Below are positions 63,876-64,000 of a stretch of 64,000 nt of DNA, piece by piece; positions within the stretch are counted from its first letter, which is position 1, and each line of letters begins with the position of its first letter. The DNA is from Malacoraja senta. Its lineage: Eukaryota. The DNA is taken from assembly GCA_038087875.1 (NCBI GenBank), contig CM075997.1, positions 4,590,001 through 4,654,000 of the forward strand. Direction: 5' to 3'. The position numbers were made by a program, and so were the translations under genes. The notes beneath the pieces were generated by a model that was not told the origin of the DNA, searched no databases, and saw nothing but the letters and a program-made list of their open reading frames with translations.

Positions 63876-64000
63876 CAAAGTTGCTTTACAGTGAGAGGGG
63901 CAAAGTCTAAAGGGATTGTGCAGGGAAAGTTTTAAACACAGAGGGTGGTGGGTGCCTGGAACGCGCTGCCAGGCAAAGACCCTACAGCGAGCAAGATAGA

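Overview
This window is non-coding, repeat-saturated vertebrate DNA, intergenic or deep intronic. The repeat families point to a cartilaginous fish, probably a skate or ray (inference): HE1/V-SINE-type tRNA-derived SINEs sharing a 3' tail with HER1/CR1 LINEs, Rex1/Babar LINE 3' ends, and Penelope-like GIY-YIG fragments. I could not support any host protein-coding exon; every recognisable ORF in the track is a retroelement remnant, and the longest ORFs are microsatellite artefacts. There are two 200-N gaps (1151-1350, 58867-59066), and bases 1-1150 are a near-identical copy of 13844-14982, probably a false duplication from assembly. Four signals stand out. (1) Many minimal hammerhead-ribozyme-like motifs (CTGAAGA-A-stemII-GAAACGTY) derive from the 3' end of a Penelope-like element. 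They also occur as short solo or fold-back (palindromic) insertions with their own target-site duplications, suggesting a non-autonomous ribozyme-bearing retroelement family. (2) Several distinct PIF/Harbinger-type MITE families share one TIR and an internal palindrome, and their T-N-A flanks usually disagree at the middle base. (3) There are two older local duplications, one inverted and one direct. (4) A few repeat-free islands look regulatory, including a TATA/kB/CRE/p53-like cluster next to a splice donor at about 32.1-32.5 kb. Repeat boundaries are approximate and were read by eye.
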